Source: Eledone cirrhosa (lineage: Eukaryota). From it: 64,000 nucleotides of DNA. The position numbers and the translations under genes were made by a program. Where the stretch lies: the NCBI GenBank assembly GCA_964016885.1, contig CAXHJY010001261.1:1-64000 (forward strand), in the 5' to 3' direction. The notes beneath the pieces are model-generated. The model saw only the letters and a program-made list of their open reading frames with translations, had not been told where the DNA came from and made no database searches. Shown piece after piece: positions 22,880 to 35,999 of the stretch; the stretch's first letter is position 1; every line of letters starts with the position of its first letter.

Positions 22880-22884
<5 letters not shown>
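22547..22884 (-). mobile_element. Tandem second copy of the same SINE
   Basis: Collinear with 22198-22530. (AAATG)n tail. Confidence 0.85.
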
Positions 22885-22920
<36 letters not shown>

Positions 22921-23164
22921 TACATATATATACACATATATACATACATATACACACACATATCTCTATATATCATACATATATCAAAATTTAATATAGA
23001 AATTACCTCTAAAGGACTAGAATTGTTTTTGTTCATATGAAATCATCAGGAATGATTTCATACGAATGAAACAGTTATAGACCTGTTGAAGCCAGTTCTA
23101 TATTTTCACATTATTAATATATTGAGTACCTTATTTATTTGTGGTTACCCTTGATTTAACTTGG

Positions 23165-23302
23165 GATATATATATATACATATATATATATACATATTAT
23201 ATATATACATATTATATATATACATATTATATATATACATATTATATATATACATATTATATATATACATATTATATATATACATATTATATATATACAT
23301 AT

Positions 23303-23362
<60 letters not shown>
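23165..23362. repeat. 15-bp TACATATTATATATA tandem followed by (GA)n
   Basis: Read directly. Confidence 0.9.
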
Positions 23363-23364
<2 letters not shown>

Positions 23365-23490
23365 TGACTCTAGTGGAACAATTCACTATTATCTTTGGTA
23401 AGGTTCATTAGAAGTTTAAAACAGACGAATAAGTCATTGACTGTTGAAATTCTTGTTGTTGATGAGAGTTCAGATAGCAGAGCATTAATA

Positions 23491-24602
23491 TTCAATACCA
23501 TGGTATACGCATATGTAAACAACTGGAAATAATTAATTATTAATTATCAACACCATACAAGGTACCTATAACTCGCATATCTCCAGGAAAATGTGAGAAA
23601 GGACAAAGTTTACCAATTTCAACTGGTTTCAAGAATAAACATATCAAAACACTGAGTGTAGAGCAATAAATTAGATTCAAGAAACATATTTTGTACATGG
23701 AGTTTTTTGTCAGTGCAAAATTATAGATTGAGGTACAATTCTTATGTCATTACTATTTACAATTTTATTAATTATTTTTCTTATACAGTTAAGAGTATTT
23801 GTTGTGCGACTTGCAGGAGTCGAAATTATCTAATAGGTAGCAGGAAGTAGGTTTAAGTAAAAAGCATTACTTATCTATTATTTATTTACAATGTTATTAA
23901 TTTCATTATATAGTTAGAATAAAAATAGTTGTTAGATGTGCAGGAGTGAAAATGTTTTTAAAGAAGCCATTGCAAGCCCAAGCAATAGATCTGTGTTTTA
24001 CATAAACAAAGACTATATCCACATCTGAAGTACATGCAAAATTACCACTAGTATCAATCTGGCTCAAATACACAGAGTTAAATTGGCCGCGTTCATCTCA
24101 CTCTGTCTATCACTTTCATTTTGAAAGAATCAAGATATCTGTCTTTACATTGTAAATGTAATTTTAATCAAGTAGCATCTTTGTAGTCTAGTGGTGTTGA
24201 TTCAGTTAATGTCACCTGTTAAATAATTGTCCTTATCTACATTGCGTCTAATCATTCTTACAATTTTCTAGATAATCAATGGACAAGATATGGTTTGATT
24301 TGTTTGTTTTGGATCGTGTTTATCTAGGTAGTATTCTGTTACTAGTTTTTAATAATTTATAATTATTATTCTTATAAGTGTATTTTTACAAGTGTAAATT
24401 AATGCTTCAGATGAATTTACAGTGCTTGCACATCTAGATCCATATTCATCTACAAATATATGCACACTTACACATATATATATATATATATATAGTAATA
24501 ATAATAAATTTGAAGACTTAAATCCAAAGAGGGCTCGATAAGGATAAATATATATCAAATATATAAGAACCGTAGAGCAAATATTTATTAAATAATCTGT
24601 TA

Positions 24603-24645
<43 letters not shown>

Positions 24646-25577
24646 CAATTTATCTATGCATATATACTCATACAAACATAACACATAATGTAATATACTA
24701 TATATAATAGAATATAATTTAACCCAGTATGACATCTGGCATAGTAAAACAATATATAATGCTATACGATATAATATATAACTTACCATTATATCATCCC
24801 TAATAATATTCCCTGTGATTCTCTTTTACAATTATATAACTAACATTAGGCCATGTAAAACTTTACCCTTACTAATATCGGATATATATTTAGGTAAATT
24901 CGCTACTTGGAATGTTATAAGTAAAAACTGTTAGTTAAAGTTAGATTAGGTCGGATTATTGTTGAAGTATACCTATAATATTTTTAATAATTATTTTTAT
25001 TAAGGTATATCATATGTTTAATTAATTGAAACTAATGGCAATTTTGCATGTACTTCAGATGTGGATATGTTCTTTGTTTATGTAAAATGCTGACTCTTGC
25101 AATGGCTTCTTTTAAAAAATTTTCACTCCTGCACATCCATCAACTATTTTTATTCTAACTATATAATGAAATTAATAACATTGTAAATAAATAATAGATA
25201 AGTAATGCTTTTTACTTAAACCTACTTCCTTCTACCTATTAGATAATTTCGACTCCTGCAAATCGCACAACAAATACTCTTAACTGTATAAGAAAAATAA
25301 TTAATAAAATTGTAAATAGTAATGACATAAGAATTGTACCTCAATCTATAATTTTGCACTGACAAAAAACTCCATGTACAAAATATGTTTCTTGAATCTA
25401 ATTGCTTGCTCTACACTCAGTGTTTTGATATGTTTATTCTTGAAACCAGTTGAAATTGGTAAACTTTGTTCTTTCTCACATTGTCCTGAAGATATGAGAG
25501 TTATAGATATTATGTATGGTATTAATAATTATTTACAGTTGTTTATATAGACATGTACCATTGTAACCATATTGAAA
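23491..25577. repeat. Long inverted repeat (arms ~23491-24058 and ~25025-25577, ~1-kb AT-rich spacer); probable foldback/MITE-type DNA element
   Basis: For example 23605 AAAGTTTACCAATTTCAACTGGTTTCAAGAATAAAC is the reverse complement of 25432-25467. Complementarity continues for ~550 bp. No clear TSD. Confidence 0.85.
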
Positions 25578-25663
25578 TGGACACAGAAATAAAAGAATGC
25601 ATGTAAGTTGTTAACTTTGGTCTTTTGCCATATTACTATATATTTTTTTCAGTAAACATATAC

Positions 25664-25715
<52 letters not shown>

Positions 25716-25768
25716 GGCCAAAAAGTTTGTTGGTTTTTTTAAGCGAAAATAAGACACTAGTTTTAAAC

Positions 25769-25799
<31 letters not shown>

Positions 25800-27128
25800 C
25801 AGGGTGCGGCATAAATACTGTTACAAAATAAAATGCTTATAACTCCTTAAATATTTATTGTATCTAGCTCCAGTTGTGGCACAAAGTAATTAATAAAATG
25901 TTTATTAACACCATAAAATCTTATTTGATATGCTTTCCTTTTGCTCTCACAACACCTTGAAGTCTCTTAGGAAAAACCTGGATGGCAGCATACACAGTTT
26001 CAATTAGAATATTGTCCCATACTTTCACCAATTTTGCCTTCAGAGACTCAATATTGTTGTGCAGAGTAGAGCAGGTTTCACTCTCAAGAATTGACCACAA
26101 GGAATAGTCAAGAAGGTTGATATCTGGTGATGAAGGTAGGACAGTTGTCTCGACACCACTGTTGTGTCACTCAAGTGGTGTGGCTCTTAACCGTCTTGGA
26201 GTCCATCCATAAGTGGTACTGCAGTATGGATTCAGCACACCCACCAGGATATTTCTAATGTAAACTTCTTTGTTGATTTTTAACCTTTCAGGGACAAAAA
26301 AAAAAACACAAAAGAACAGGGGACCCTATTTCCGAACGGCAATCCAAACCATAATTGATGCCGGTTTCTGGGAACGGAGACATTTGCCAAAAGCAGAAGG
26401 GACTGAATCATGGTTTTTCAAAAGAACACGATCATTTTGGTGATTGAATGTATGTTAAACTGTAAACAGTTTCTCATCAGTAAAGATTATGTTCTTCAGC
26501 ATGCCATCTTTAAGTTGTTTGAGCAATTGTTTACTTCTTTCAAGTCTCTTTTGTATCGTGGAGGGGAACATCCCGAGATCATCTTTGCATAGCCTCCTCA
26601 TGGATCTCTCCAAAATCTCTGCCTCTTTCACCATTTTTCTCATAGACTTTTTTGGATTACGTCTGATTTTCTCACGCACGCTTTTGATGAGTTTTAGTGT
26701 TCTGGAGGTGTGAGGACGTCCTGATCTTGGTTTGTCTTTTGTTGAAGTTTCTTTGAAGCAATCAATGGTCTTTTTCATGAGCATTCTGTTAATTCCAAGC
26801 TGTTTTCCAGCTTTAAAAATCTAAGGTAGAGTCTTTCCTTTTTCATGCTGTTCAATTATAAATGTTCTTTTCAATTCTAAGGACATTTCTGCAATGAATC
26901 CTTATATAACCTCCAAAAAACAGTTAGTATATAGTATTAGGTTAATATTTTAGCAATAAGATCAACAACTAAGTAATTCATTGTTTCTACTTTAGGCACA
27001 AGGCCAGCAATTACCCAGTGCATTACTGGTACTTTATTTTATCGACCCCGTAAGGATGAAAGGCAAAAAGTAATTAATATGAATTAAACTCACTTGATAT
27101 TTTGTAACAGTAATTATGCTGCACCGTG
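25800..27128 (-). mobile_element. Tc1/mariner (maT/DD37D-like) transposon with decayed transposase
   Basis: ~31-bp TIRs CA(G/C)GGTGC(G/A)GCATAA(A/T)TACTGTTACAAAATA. Transposase remnants: DKPRSGRP...IRRNPKKSMRK, IIFTDEKLFTV, SSPDINLLDYSLWSILE. Frameshifted. Confidence 0.88.
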
Positions 27129-27310
27129 TGTGTGTGTGTGTGTGTGTGTTTATATATATTTCATCAGGGAAAAGCAGACGTAAAATGATGATGATTATAT
27201 ATATATATACATGTTATATACACCAATTATATATCACACATGCTTAGCAATATGACTACCACCACCCAGCACACTACAGCAGATAGATCTGGAAATGTGA
27301 TAACACTTAC

Positions 27311-27378
27311 TATTTTCAGTTTTATCAATATCTGCCTCTTCCTCTGCGTTGATCACATCCATCATGGATAGTAACATT
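27311..27378 (-). CDS. AKT1S1: Host gene coding exon 7, MLLSMMDVINAEEEADIDKTEN
   Basis: ccttcAG / GTAAGT, 68 nt, phase 2 to 1. Confidence 0.75.
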
Positions 27379-27671
27379 CTGAAGGTAGAGAGTGACAAAT
27401 CATCAATAATGATGACACCAACAGCACAACAGCAGCAACGATGACCAAAACTAACAGAAACAATATAAACTGATAACAACAGTACATCTGTTTTACTACC
27501 ACCATTAGAACTCTACTACATCACACAGTACTACAACACTTCATTACCACACTACAACTACTATATTAATGATAGATGTGACAACAGTACATCTGTTACA
27601 CCACCTACATCACACAATATCACAGACACCACACTATAACTACTATATTAATGAGAGATGTAACAACTTAC

Positions 27672-27749
27672 GTGATTAACCTCTTCTTGTCTTCTTTAGC
27701 TCGCTCTTGAACTTTGTCAAACGATGCTTTCTGTTGTAATTCAAACCTC
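27672..27749 (-). CDS. AKT1S1: Host gene coding exon 6, RFELQQKASFDKVQERAKEDKKRLI(T)
   Basis: tattacAG / GTAAGT, 78 nt, phase 2 to 2. Continues the EERIRRF coiled coil. Confidence 0.8.
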
Positions 27750-28338
27750 CTGTAATAGAGAAGTTATATACCTATTGACTACAGATAGCAAATACTTTAC
27801 AATAACATTTATTTATATACAAACCTTTCAACTGTTCACTCCTTACATTGACATGGAAATATTGCACACGAACATTGTATATTTGGTTCGTTGACTGGGC
27901 AATGTGTTATGTCCTAGATAGTATCAGCAATGGAAAGACCAATGAAAACATTGTTTCCTTGGTCTGACATGACGAGTTCCACCCAACTCAGTAAGCAAAT
28001 GAGGTCTGGGATCTTGTCAATCGATTCCTTATAATTCATAACCAGTGATATCTCAACTGTTGACCTCATATACTGATATGTCAGTGATTACATTTAACCT
28101 TACACTTGCTGACTACAGTGATTTAATAGTGACTTTGTATCAGGTCACCTTATACATAGCATATAATAGCCTTTCCAATGCTGACCTAATGCTGTTATAG
28201 TACATACAAACTAAGTAGGGACTTTTTATCAGGTCACCTTATACACAGCATATCTTAGCCTTTCCAATGCTAACCTAATGCTGTAAAGTACATACAAAGA
28301 AATGACTTTTTAACAGTTGACCTTATTAATTGACACGG

Positions 28339-28620
28339 TGGAGACACTTGGCCTAGTGGTATGTTGGCCTTAATTATAATGTCATGGGTTCGATTCCTGG
28401 ACTGGGTTGTGTGTTGCATTCTTGAGCAAAACACTTCATTTCATGTTGCTCCAGTATACTCAGCCGAAAATGAGTACCAGCAATAGCTGGAGGTTTAACT
28501 CTGTAATGGACAGGCATCCAATCCAAGGGGAGTTTTGTATGCTCAGTTGCTTAATGTCACAGACACCAGGATAAGCATTGGTCTGATGAGCCGCCAGGCT
28601 CCAAACAGACTTTAGATTTT
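28339..28620 (+). mobile_element. tRNA-derived CORE-type SINE, second family
   Basis: TGGCCTAGTGG / GGTTCGATTCC boxes, CORE-like body, distinct tail. Homologous to 32905-33190 and 60513-60795. Confidence 0.75.
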
Positions 28621-28759
28621 AGTTATAATACCAGGAATGGTTGACACAGAGTTACAGTTTCAGTGATCATCTAGGTCATAAAAATGGAAACTTATAAGAT
28701 CTCTATAAACTAAGGTAAATATTTTAAATTTATGTGACTTTTCTAAGGATTCACAATGC

Positions 28760-28808
<49 letters not shown>

Positions 28809-30205
28809 ATGTGACTTATTGAAAGTATTTAAATAATAATTCAATAATAAAAAAACACTGACTACACATCTAAGAAACGGAATAATACAGTCCACATTAT
28901 TATTTTGTCTTTATGCATGGCCTAGAGATTAGAGAACAGGATTCGTAATCATGAAATAAGGAGCTCAGTTCCTGGACCAGGCGTTGTGGCCAGTAGATGG
29001 TATCAGCAATGGAAAGATTAATGGAAACATTGTTTCCATGGTCCAATTTGATAAGTTCCACTCCACTCAGTAAGTGTATGACATCTGGGAAATTGTCAAT
29101 CAATTCCCTTCTCATTGCACACCAATATCCTTTACAGTTTTTGTTTTAAATGCAATTATCCCTTACTTCTTACCTCACTATCCCACAAAGCATTCCATGA
29201 ACTGACAAGGGAACATGGCCCTGTGCCGTCTCCTGGTAAAAATCTCCCACAAATCAAGCTCCACTATCTTAGAAAAATACACATTGAACAATGTCATCCT
29301 AGGTACCCTGCATATATGAAGACAGTAGGATGGTCTCAGCTGGAATGCTTCTGATCATGTTTGCTTGATTAGAGCTGACTTGGGTTGAACAACAATATCA
29401 TTACATCATAATATAAATATCAATCAGATAGCCATAATCACTCAATCTCCAGGTAACAGCAGCCAAATTTCTCTCAAAATGCACCCTATTTTCATCATTC
29501 ATCACCATTTAACATCTATTTTTCCCCGCTTGCATGGGTCAGACAGGTTGTCATGTTATGAGACAAGTCAGTCCAGGTGACCATATCTTGCTCATACAGA
29601 TTTGTATTTCGGCTTGTTTCTACAGCTGAATGCCCTTCCTAAGACCACCCACGTTATTGGGTGGACAGGGTGCTTTTTATTGAGGCACCAAAAACAACCA
29701 TCTAATAGGGTTGCTTGGTGCTTTTTCATTGTGTCACCATGGAAGGTGACACATTTGGATAATATAGTCCTAGATACACTATGGCTGAATTAATAATGAA
29801 ACAGTCACATAATGATGAACATCTTCAATCACAGCTCTGCTGGATCAAAGCTGAGCTTGGGCTAAATAACATCACACCATCATAAAATTTAAACTGCTGA
29901 TTGTGTAAGGATTGTTTCTGGACAGATTTTAGAAGGAAAGCCAACTGGCAGGTGACTCAGAGGTAGACCCCAAGCAAGATAGTTGGATATCATTTATGAG
30001 CTGGGTTGGTCTCATTTGGGGATCCAAGCTGAATCAATTGGAAACGGTTGCTTCTGACAGGACCCGCTGGAAGGAATATTTGAGGACTCTGCTCCCATGA
30101 CCCTCTCAGGAATAAGTGAGTGAAGAAGGAGATTTTGTAAGGTGAAAGACTTGCCAAAGATAACAATTGTACTGCTGAGCTGAGAAATTGGAGGAAGGTA
30201 CTTAC

Positions 30206-30308
30206 CTGATCCGTTCCTCCATTTCACTTTCTTCTTCAATCAAATAATTATCCATCTGAGTCTGTAGAGCAGCCAGATGGTTCTGGAGAGATTCGAAATA
30301 CTGTGGAG
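30206..30308 (-). CDS. AKT1S1: Host gene coding exon 5, (A)PQYFESLQNHLAALQTQMDNYLIEEESEMEERI(R), coiled coil
   Basis: tttctacAG / GTAAGT, 103 nt, phase 1 to 2. Confidence 0.8.
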
Positions 30309-31101
30309 CTGTAGAAAAAGTTGGAATAAGAAAAAAAGTGGATTAGTTAGTGTGTGGCACTGAAAAGGAGTGATGATGATGATTTTACCATAGCACCATA
30401 TCACTAAGGAGGTTGTCAAATCTTAGGCACAACTACCTATTTAAAAAAGTACTGAACGTTTGACTATGAGGACAGTAGTGCAGCATTTTAAATTAACAGC
30501 TTATAATAAGTATTTCTTTTCATAGATCCTTAAAGTTCCCTGGGCTAGTGTTTATCTCCAATTTCTGAAGCATTAAGAAGACAAAAAACAAATCTCCTGA
30601 AAATACAAACCACGGCCATCTTAACACTCCTATCACTCTGGCAAGCCATGTTCTTATCAGTAATATACTAACTAGGCTGTTCCATTAATTACACTATCAC
30701 TCTAGCAAGCCATGTTTTCATCAGTAATATACTAAGCTGTTCAATTAATACATCTTTCTCTTCAATAAAACTGATATTGTGCAAAGTCCAAAGAAATGTA
30801 TTATCATCATCATCACTGTTTAATGGCTTTTTTATGCCTGTATAAGTTAAATGGGCTGTCATGTACTGGGGCTAGATTAGTCAGGTGACTATGTCTTGCT
30901 CTTACGCTCTATTTTTGGCTTGGTTTCTACAGCTGGATGCCTTTCCAAATGCCAACCATTTTATCACGACTCCAGCTCTACCACATTACAGTTCTTCAGA
31001 TTAAGTGGGTTTTTGCGGGGGAGTACCAGCATTATGGCTTTACAGAATTGGCTAGGTGCATTTTATCGTGGCTCCTATTTTTTTTAAAAAGATCATCTTA
31101 C

Positions 31102-31204
31102 CAGGCATGCTGCCAGAAAAGGGAACTGTTGTATTGAGTATTATTTGGAAAGCTGGAGAGAAAGTAGTTGACCGCCTTAAACATTCCAAAGCTGTAGGAT
31201 CACG
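31102..31204 (-). CDS. AKT1S1: Host gene coding exon 4, RDPTALECLRRSTTFSPAFQIILNTTVPFSGSMP
   Basis: tatttcAG / GTAAGA, 103 nt, phase 0 to 1. SxxFSPxFxI motif. Confidence 0.8.
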
Positions 31205-31489
31205 CTGAAATAAAGGAAAGACATTAAGTCATTAAGAGAAAGAGAGGAGGGGGAGGCACAGATAAATTTCATGGGATGGGCGGGGTAGGGGGGGGGGGGG
31301 GGGGGGGAACACAGCCAGAATTCTCTTTTCAAGGATTTGAAAGAATGGCAAGTAAAATGCTTTAAGGTGTTTAGTTATGTTCCATTCAATTTCTACCATG
31401 ATTAGCTTTTCTTTTTGTCTCCCTAGGGTCAATAAAATAAAGTACCAATTTAATAGACAATAACCTCCTGCTTGGTGAACTTATTACAG

Positions 31490-31870
31490 AAGCAACTGTC
31501 CCCAATTTACCTGGTTGGATCCCCGAGCGAAACCAGCTGAGCTCATGGATGTTACCCAATCATCTTGCTTGGAGTCTACCCCTGGGTTTCCTGCTGGTTG
31601 GTTTTGCTCGTAAAATCTGGACAGCAATTCTTTCCTGAGATATTCTAACTACATGTCCGTAGCATCAGAGATGTGATCTCTCAATTTAGAAAAGCAGTGG
31701 TTCTGCCTTGAGCAACACTGATCTCCGAGCTATGAACTCTATCGAGTAATGTACTCCAAAGACCCTTCGGGGAATCCCATTTCGGGATTGTATTCGCGAT
31801 CGTATTCTTTTGGTCATTACCCAAAATTCGTGATCATACATCAAACCAACCCATAAAATTATTAACACAG
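31490..31870 (-). mobile_element. Old RTE LINE 3' coding fragment
   Basis: LMYDHEFWVMTKRIRSRIQ...RRVFGV, then GHVVR and RGRLQAR-like motifs. Related pieces at ~29900-30120 (+) and ~63420-63580 (-). Confidence 0.6.
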
Positions 31871-32230
31871 TATATGGCAGAATTAGTAGAGTGGTTGACA
31901 AAATGTAACTACTGGGTTTTTTAACAAAACTGATTCTTCCATAAAAAACCTTGTCCAGGCTTACATTTTCGAGATATGCAAATTCATGATCTCATAAGAT
32001 ATATGGAAGCCTCAGATAGAGATATAGTAATCATTCATCATCTTTATTTAGCATCCATTCTTCTTGAATCCTAAATAAAAGATGGGATGGTCATGGCCCA
32101 AACACTTTCCACTGTAGCTCTGCAGAATAAAGGTTGACATGGGTCTAAACAACATCAACTCCTAACATTTACATTTGTTCTACATCAGCCATATTGCAAA
32201 AATGTGCAAGATAACATAAATACTTCTTAC

Positions 32231-32371
32231 CTCCATATTTTTACCAATGAAAAACTTGCGGTTATCACCAGTCTGCTGCTCAGAAACAGCATGGGTGGTG
32301 ATGTCACAGTTCCGACAGTGATACACCGTCCATTCCTTCACAACTTTTTTCTGCACAAAGAACGAATGGCT
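32231..32371 (-). CDS. AKT1S1: Host gene coding exon 3, SHSFFVQKKVVKEWTVYHCRNCDITTHAVSEQQTGDNRKFFIGKNME
   Basis: ctttgcAG / GTAAGA, 141 nt, phase 0 to 0. WxxYxCxNCxxxTHA motif. Confidence 0.8.
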
Positions 32372-32904
32372 CTGCAAAGAATGAAATGGAAAAGTTTACT
32401 GAGAGAAGATGGTGAAGATAGTGGAGTAGTTTAACCATTTCATTACCATATTTCTAATGAAATACACCACTTATGTTTTTCAAATAATTCTGTAAATAAT
32501 CAACAATTTGAAAGGATGTAGTAAAATAACTAACTTCCTCACTATTAACCCCTTCATTACCAAACTTATAATGAGACACTGCTTATGTCATTAACCATTT
32601 CATCACCATATTTCTAATGAAATACACCACCTATGTTATTCCATTAATTTTTTAAATAATCAACAATCTAAAGGGATTTAATACATAACTTAAGGATATT
32701 CTTCCATAACATTACATTTTGTTTAAATAGGAAAATGTTAAAACAAGAGGTTTGCCATAATAGAATCTGTTCAGTTTGGGGCAAGTAGGAATTAAAAAGG
32801 TATTGAGAGCTTGCTTGACAGAGATCAGTTAAATACAGTTGATGGGTAGAGATAACATAGATAAGTTATAAAAGGAGCAAACAGAATATATGCTAAGTAT
32901 ATTC

Positions 32905-33190
32905 TGGCCTAGTGGTAAGGGTTTGGACATACAATCATAATGTCATGAGTTTGATTCCTGGACAGGGTTGTGTGTTGTGTTCTTGAATAAAACACTTCAT
33001 TTCACAATACTCCAGTATACTCAGCTGAAAATGTGTACCCGCAATAGCTGGGAGTTTAATCCTGTGATAGACTGGCATCCAGTCCAGAGGGAAGTCTTGT
33101 ACACTCAGTTGCTTGATACCACGAAAACCGGAATAAGCACCAGCCCGATGAGTCTCCAGACTCGAAACTGACTTTAGACTTTTTTTTTTA
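32905..33190 (+). mobile_element. CORE-type SINE, second family
   Basis: Collinear with 28339-28620. Confidence 0.75.
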
Positions 33191-35449
33191 AAAGATATAA
33201 AATTGGCGACAGTAGACTTCCAAATTGATTTAGAGAGTATATAACAGTGTTATTCAGTTAGCTTTTGATTATAGGAGAGTTGACATGGAATAAATGACAA
33301 TTAAAACCACAACCACTGCAATCAACAACCACCAACCCTAGCAGCTTTACCTACTGGAAATATCAGTCAAATTCTTTCAAATTACTCCCAACTGTCTTAA
33401 AAAGAAGAAAGATACATTCACTAATGCAGTCATAAATATACAAGACTAGCAGTTATACTAAGCTTTGCCCAGATTTATTAATACCTCAAATAAATATAAA
33501 GATATGCATTCACTATGTTTGGGATAAATTTATTACAATTTTCAGTTTCACCCATAGAGCTGATAGCAGTAGTTAACTGATAAATGTCATGATCATTAGA
33601 TTATTAAATCAAACAGCTGACAAGTGACACTAGTTTTATCTACCATAAGCTGTATATCTAATCCATGCAAGCCTTGAAAATAGATGTTGAATGGTGATGA
33701 TGATATATAGACACACTGAAGTGAGTATTTTAAATACTAGTGTACATAAAATGCTTAAACATATACTGACTGAGAACTCAATATATATGATCAGTGTATA
33801 ATTTATTTTCTGAAGACAAAAGCAGCAGTGTCTTTGAAGTTTCAATGACTGCTTCTTCTGGCTATATATATATATATAGCTAAGTATATGCATACATATA
33901 AACAGATGCATGCATGTATCTTTAGATGAATGTATATGGAGGTATTTTGTTGTAATAAATAATTACTTCCTTCCTTTCTTTTTTTTTTTACTATAACCAT
34001 TGCTGTCTTGTGATATTCAACGAATGAACAGAAACAGCTGTGTTCAAACTGTACAGAGGACATATTGTTCATTATAACAGTACTACTAATGACTATGCTG
34101 TTATATTTGCAACATAACCTTAAAGCAATTAAATTATGTAAGGTAATAGAGTAATGATAAAATGTTCCCAGTATATGTTATAAGGTGGTTGGCATTAGTA
34201 AGGGCATCGAACTATAGAAATAAAGCCCAAAAGGGAACGTACGAGCAAGATGTAGCCACCTGATGCAATCATGGAAAATAAACATTAAATTGTAATGTTT
34301 TAAATCAGCAAGAGTGCTTTAGACAGTAACTTACACTTCTAATTATATGGCCACAAACCAAAGGTTTTGACATAACAGTACAGCTTTAGGCAAAGAAATT
34401 TTGAAAAAAGTGCCAAAAAGCACAGCTGTTGAGTTCCCTCTTCAAGCTGAACTCTAGCATGTAAGTAGTTGGTTGAATGACCATATTAGGCCCTCAAATC
34501 CAGGCTATAAACTTCTGTCTAGTTGAAAATTATACTGCACTCTCTGACATACTGTGGTAGTGAATGAAATTAAACATGCCCATCTATAGCTTGGTGTAGA
34601 GCAAAGGTTCTCAACAGGGGGGGGGGGGTCGTTTCGGAGCTCCAGGGGGGCGCTGGAAGGCTCTTTACTCTGGTAAATTTTATAAGCCATATATGTACGT
34701 CTCTCACTTAGCCAGTGTGAATGCATTTGAATAAAAAAAAAACGAAGAAAATAAATAAAAGAAGCTTGTCGATGAATTCCCTAGGGAGATAAAAGAAAAA
34801 CGAAATAAAAAAAATGAAAATAAGAACAACAACTATGACAGCAGTTACAAGAACAACTTCAACAGAAATGACAAGAAGAAGAAGCAATGGTGATGAAAGG
34901 TGTGGGTACATACATACAAACATACACCGCATGCATACGTACATACATACATACATACACACACATACACATATATATATATATATATACATACACACAC
35001 ACACAGGCTGGCGTTGGTGTTTGATGAGGTTGAAAAACTGTGGTAGTTAATCTCCCTAGGTAATAAAATCTGGAGAGAAAATTCTCTCCTTACCAAAAAA
35101 CCATAAATCATGCCATATACACACACAAATATAAATGCATGCTTATATACAAATATATAAATGTATAGTTATACACATAGGTAAATGTATGTATATATGT
35201 ATGTATGTAGTTTTATATATATATATGAAAAATATGAAAACATGGCGTGCTGCGTGGTTGCAAATGGGTTACATATGAATAAATTTAGTCCTTCATCAGT
35301 GATCTTCCAGCCTTCATTGGTATTTCATCGCTTTAAAGACCATATACCTCCGGTTGGTGCGAGCAACAGCTAAAGAAAGTCGTTGGGACACGTAAATAGG
35401 GGGAATGAGCGATACAGTAAACAAGCAAAGATGGTAATGCAACGAAAAG

Positions 35450-35715
35450 TGAGGAAGAAGGAGTCAAGTCCTTGAAATCGATGAACATAAGCTCTGTGAA
35501 ATCGTGGACGAGAGAGAATAAAGACCATCAAACCTGGTCGAAATGTGAGTAAGGAAAGAATTTCGCACAGGTCAAACGGGAGGAAGAAGGAGTCAAGTCC
35601 CTGAAATCGATGAACATAAGTTCTGTGAAATCGTAGACAAGAGAGAATAAAAACCATCCGACCTGGTCGAAGTGTGAGTGAGGAAAGAATCTCACACAGG
35701 TCAAACGGGAGGAAG
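35450..35715. repeat. ~129-bp tandem repeat (2+ copies) inside the hAT shell
   Basis: GAGGAAGAAGGAGTCAAGTCC...CACAGGTCAAACGG at 35451 and 35580, with the start of a third copy at ~35709. Confidence 0.85.
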
Positions 35716-35848
35716 TAGGAGAGGGAGTAGCAGAGAGAGAGTGAGTGAAAGTGTGAGGAAGAGGCTAACAGAGAGAGTGACTGGTAGAGGGGGTAAAAGG
35801 AAGTGAGAGATACAGAGAAAAGGGGAAGCAGTAAGAAAGAAAAGCGAG

Positions 35849-35957
35849 GTTACATGGCAGTGAGACATGGGCAGTGTGTGCAGAGGATCTGCGCAGACTG
35901 GAGAGGAACGAAGCTTGCATGCTCCGTTGGATGTGTAATAGTAATATACGTGAACGG

Positions 35958-35960
<3 letters not shown>
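35849..35960 (+). mobile_element. Internal RTE fragment
   Basis: [36 protein letters not shown], matching 38809-38917. Confidence 0.8.
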
Positions 35961-35998
<38 letters not shown>

Positions 35999-35999
35999 G

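Noticed and set aside
23369-23522. Possible extra or terminal exon on the minus strand after a ttccAG
   Set aside because: The phase-1 reading hits a stop after 12 codons, it overlaps the inverted-repeat arm, and exon 7 splices cleanly to 823-878.
25708-25775. Mariner-like TIR fragments (also ~54712-54800)
   Set aside because: Single ends with no partner TIR or transposase. Noted only.
28575-28615. CTGATGAG...(G/C)AAAC in CORE-SINE tails (also ~33145 and ~60758)
   Set aside because: The hairpin register consumes the core GA, and no stem I, stem III or cleavage triplet is conserved. Not a convincing hammerhead.
32432-32700. TTAACC(A/C)TT-starting duplicated segments, possible piggyBac-like MITE ends (also ~52763-53447 and ~54071-54510)
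   Set aside because: Boundaries and TIR pairs are too decayed to define confidently.
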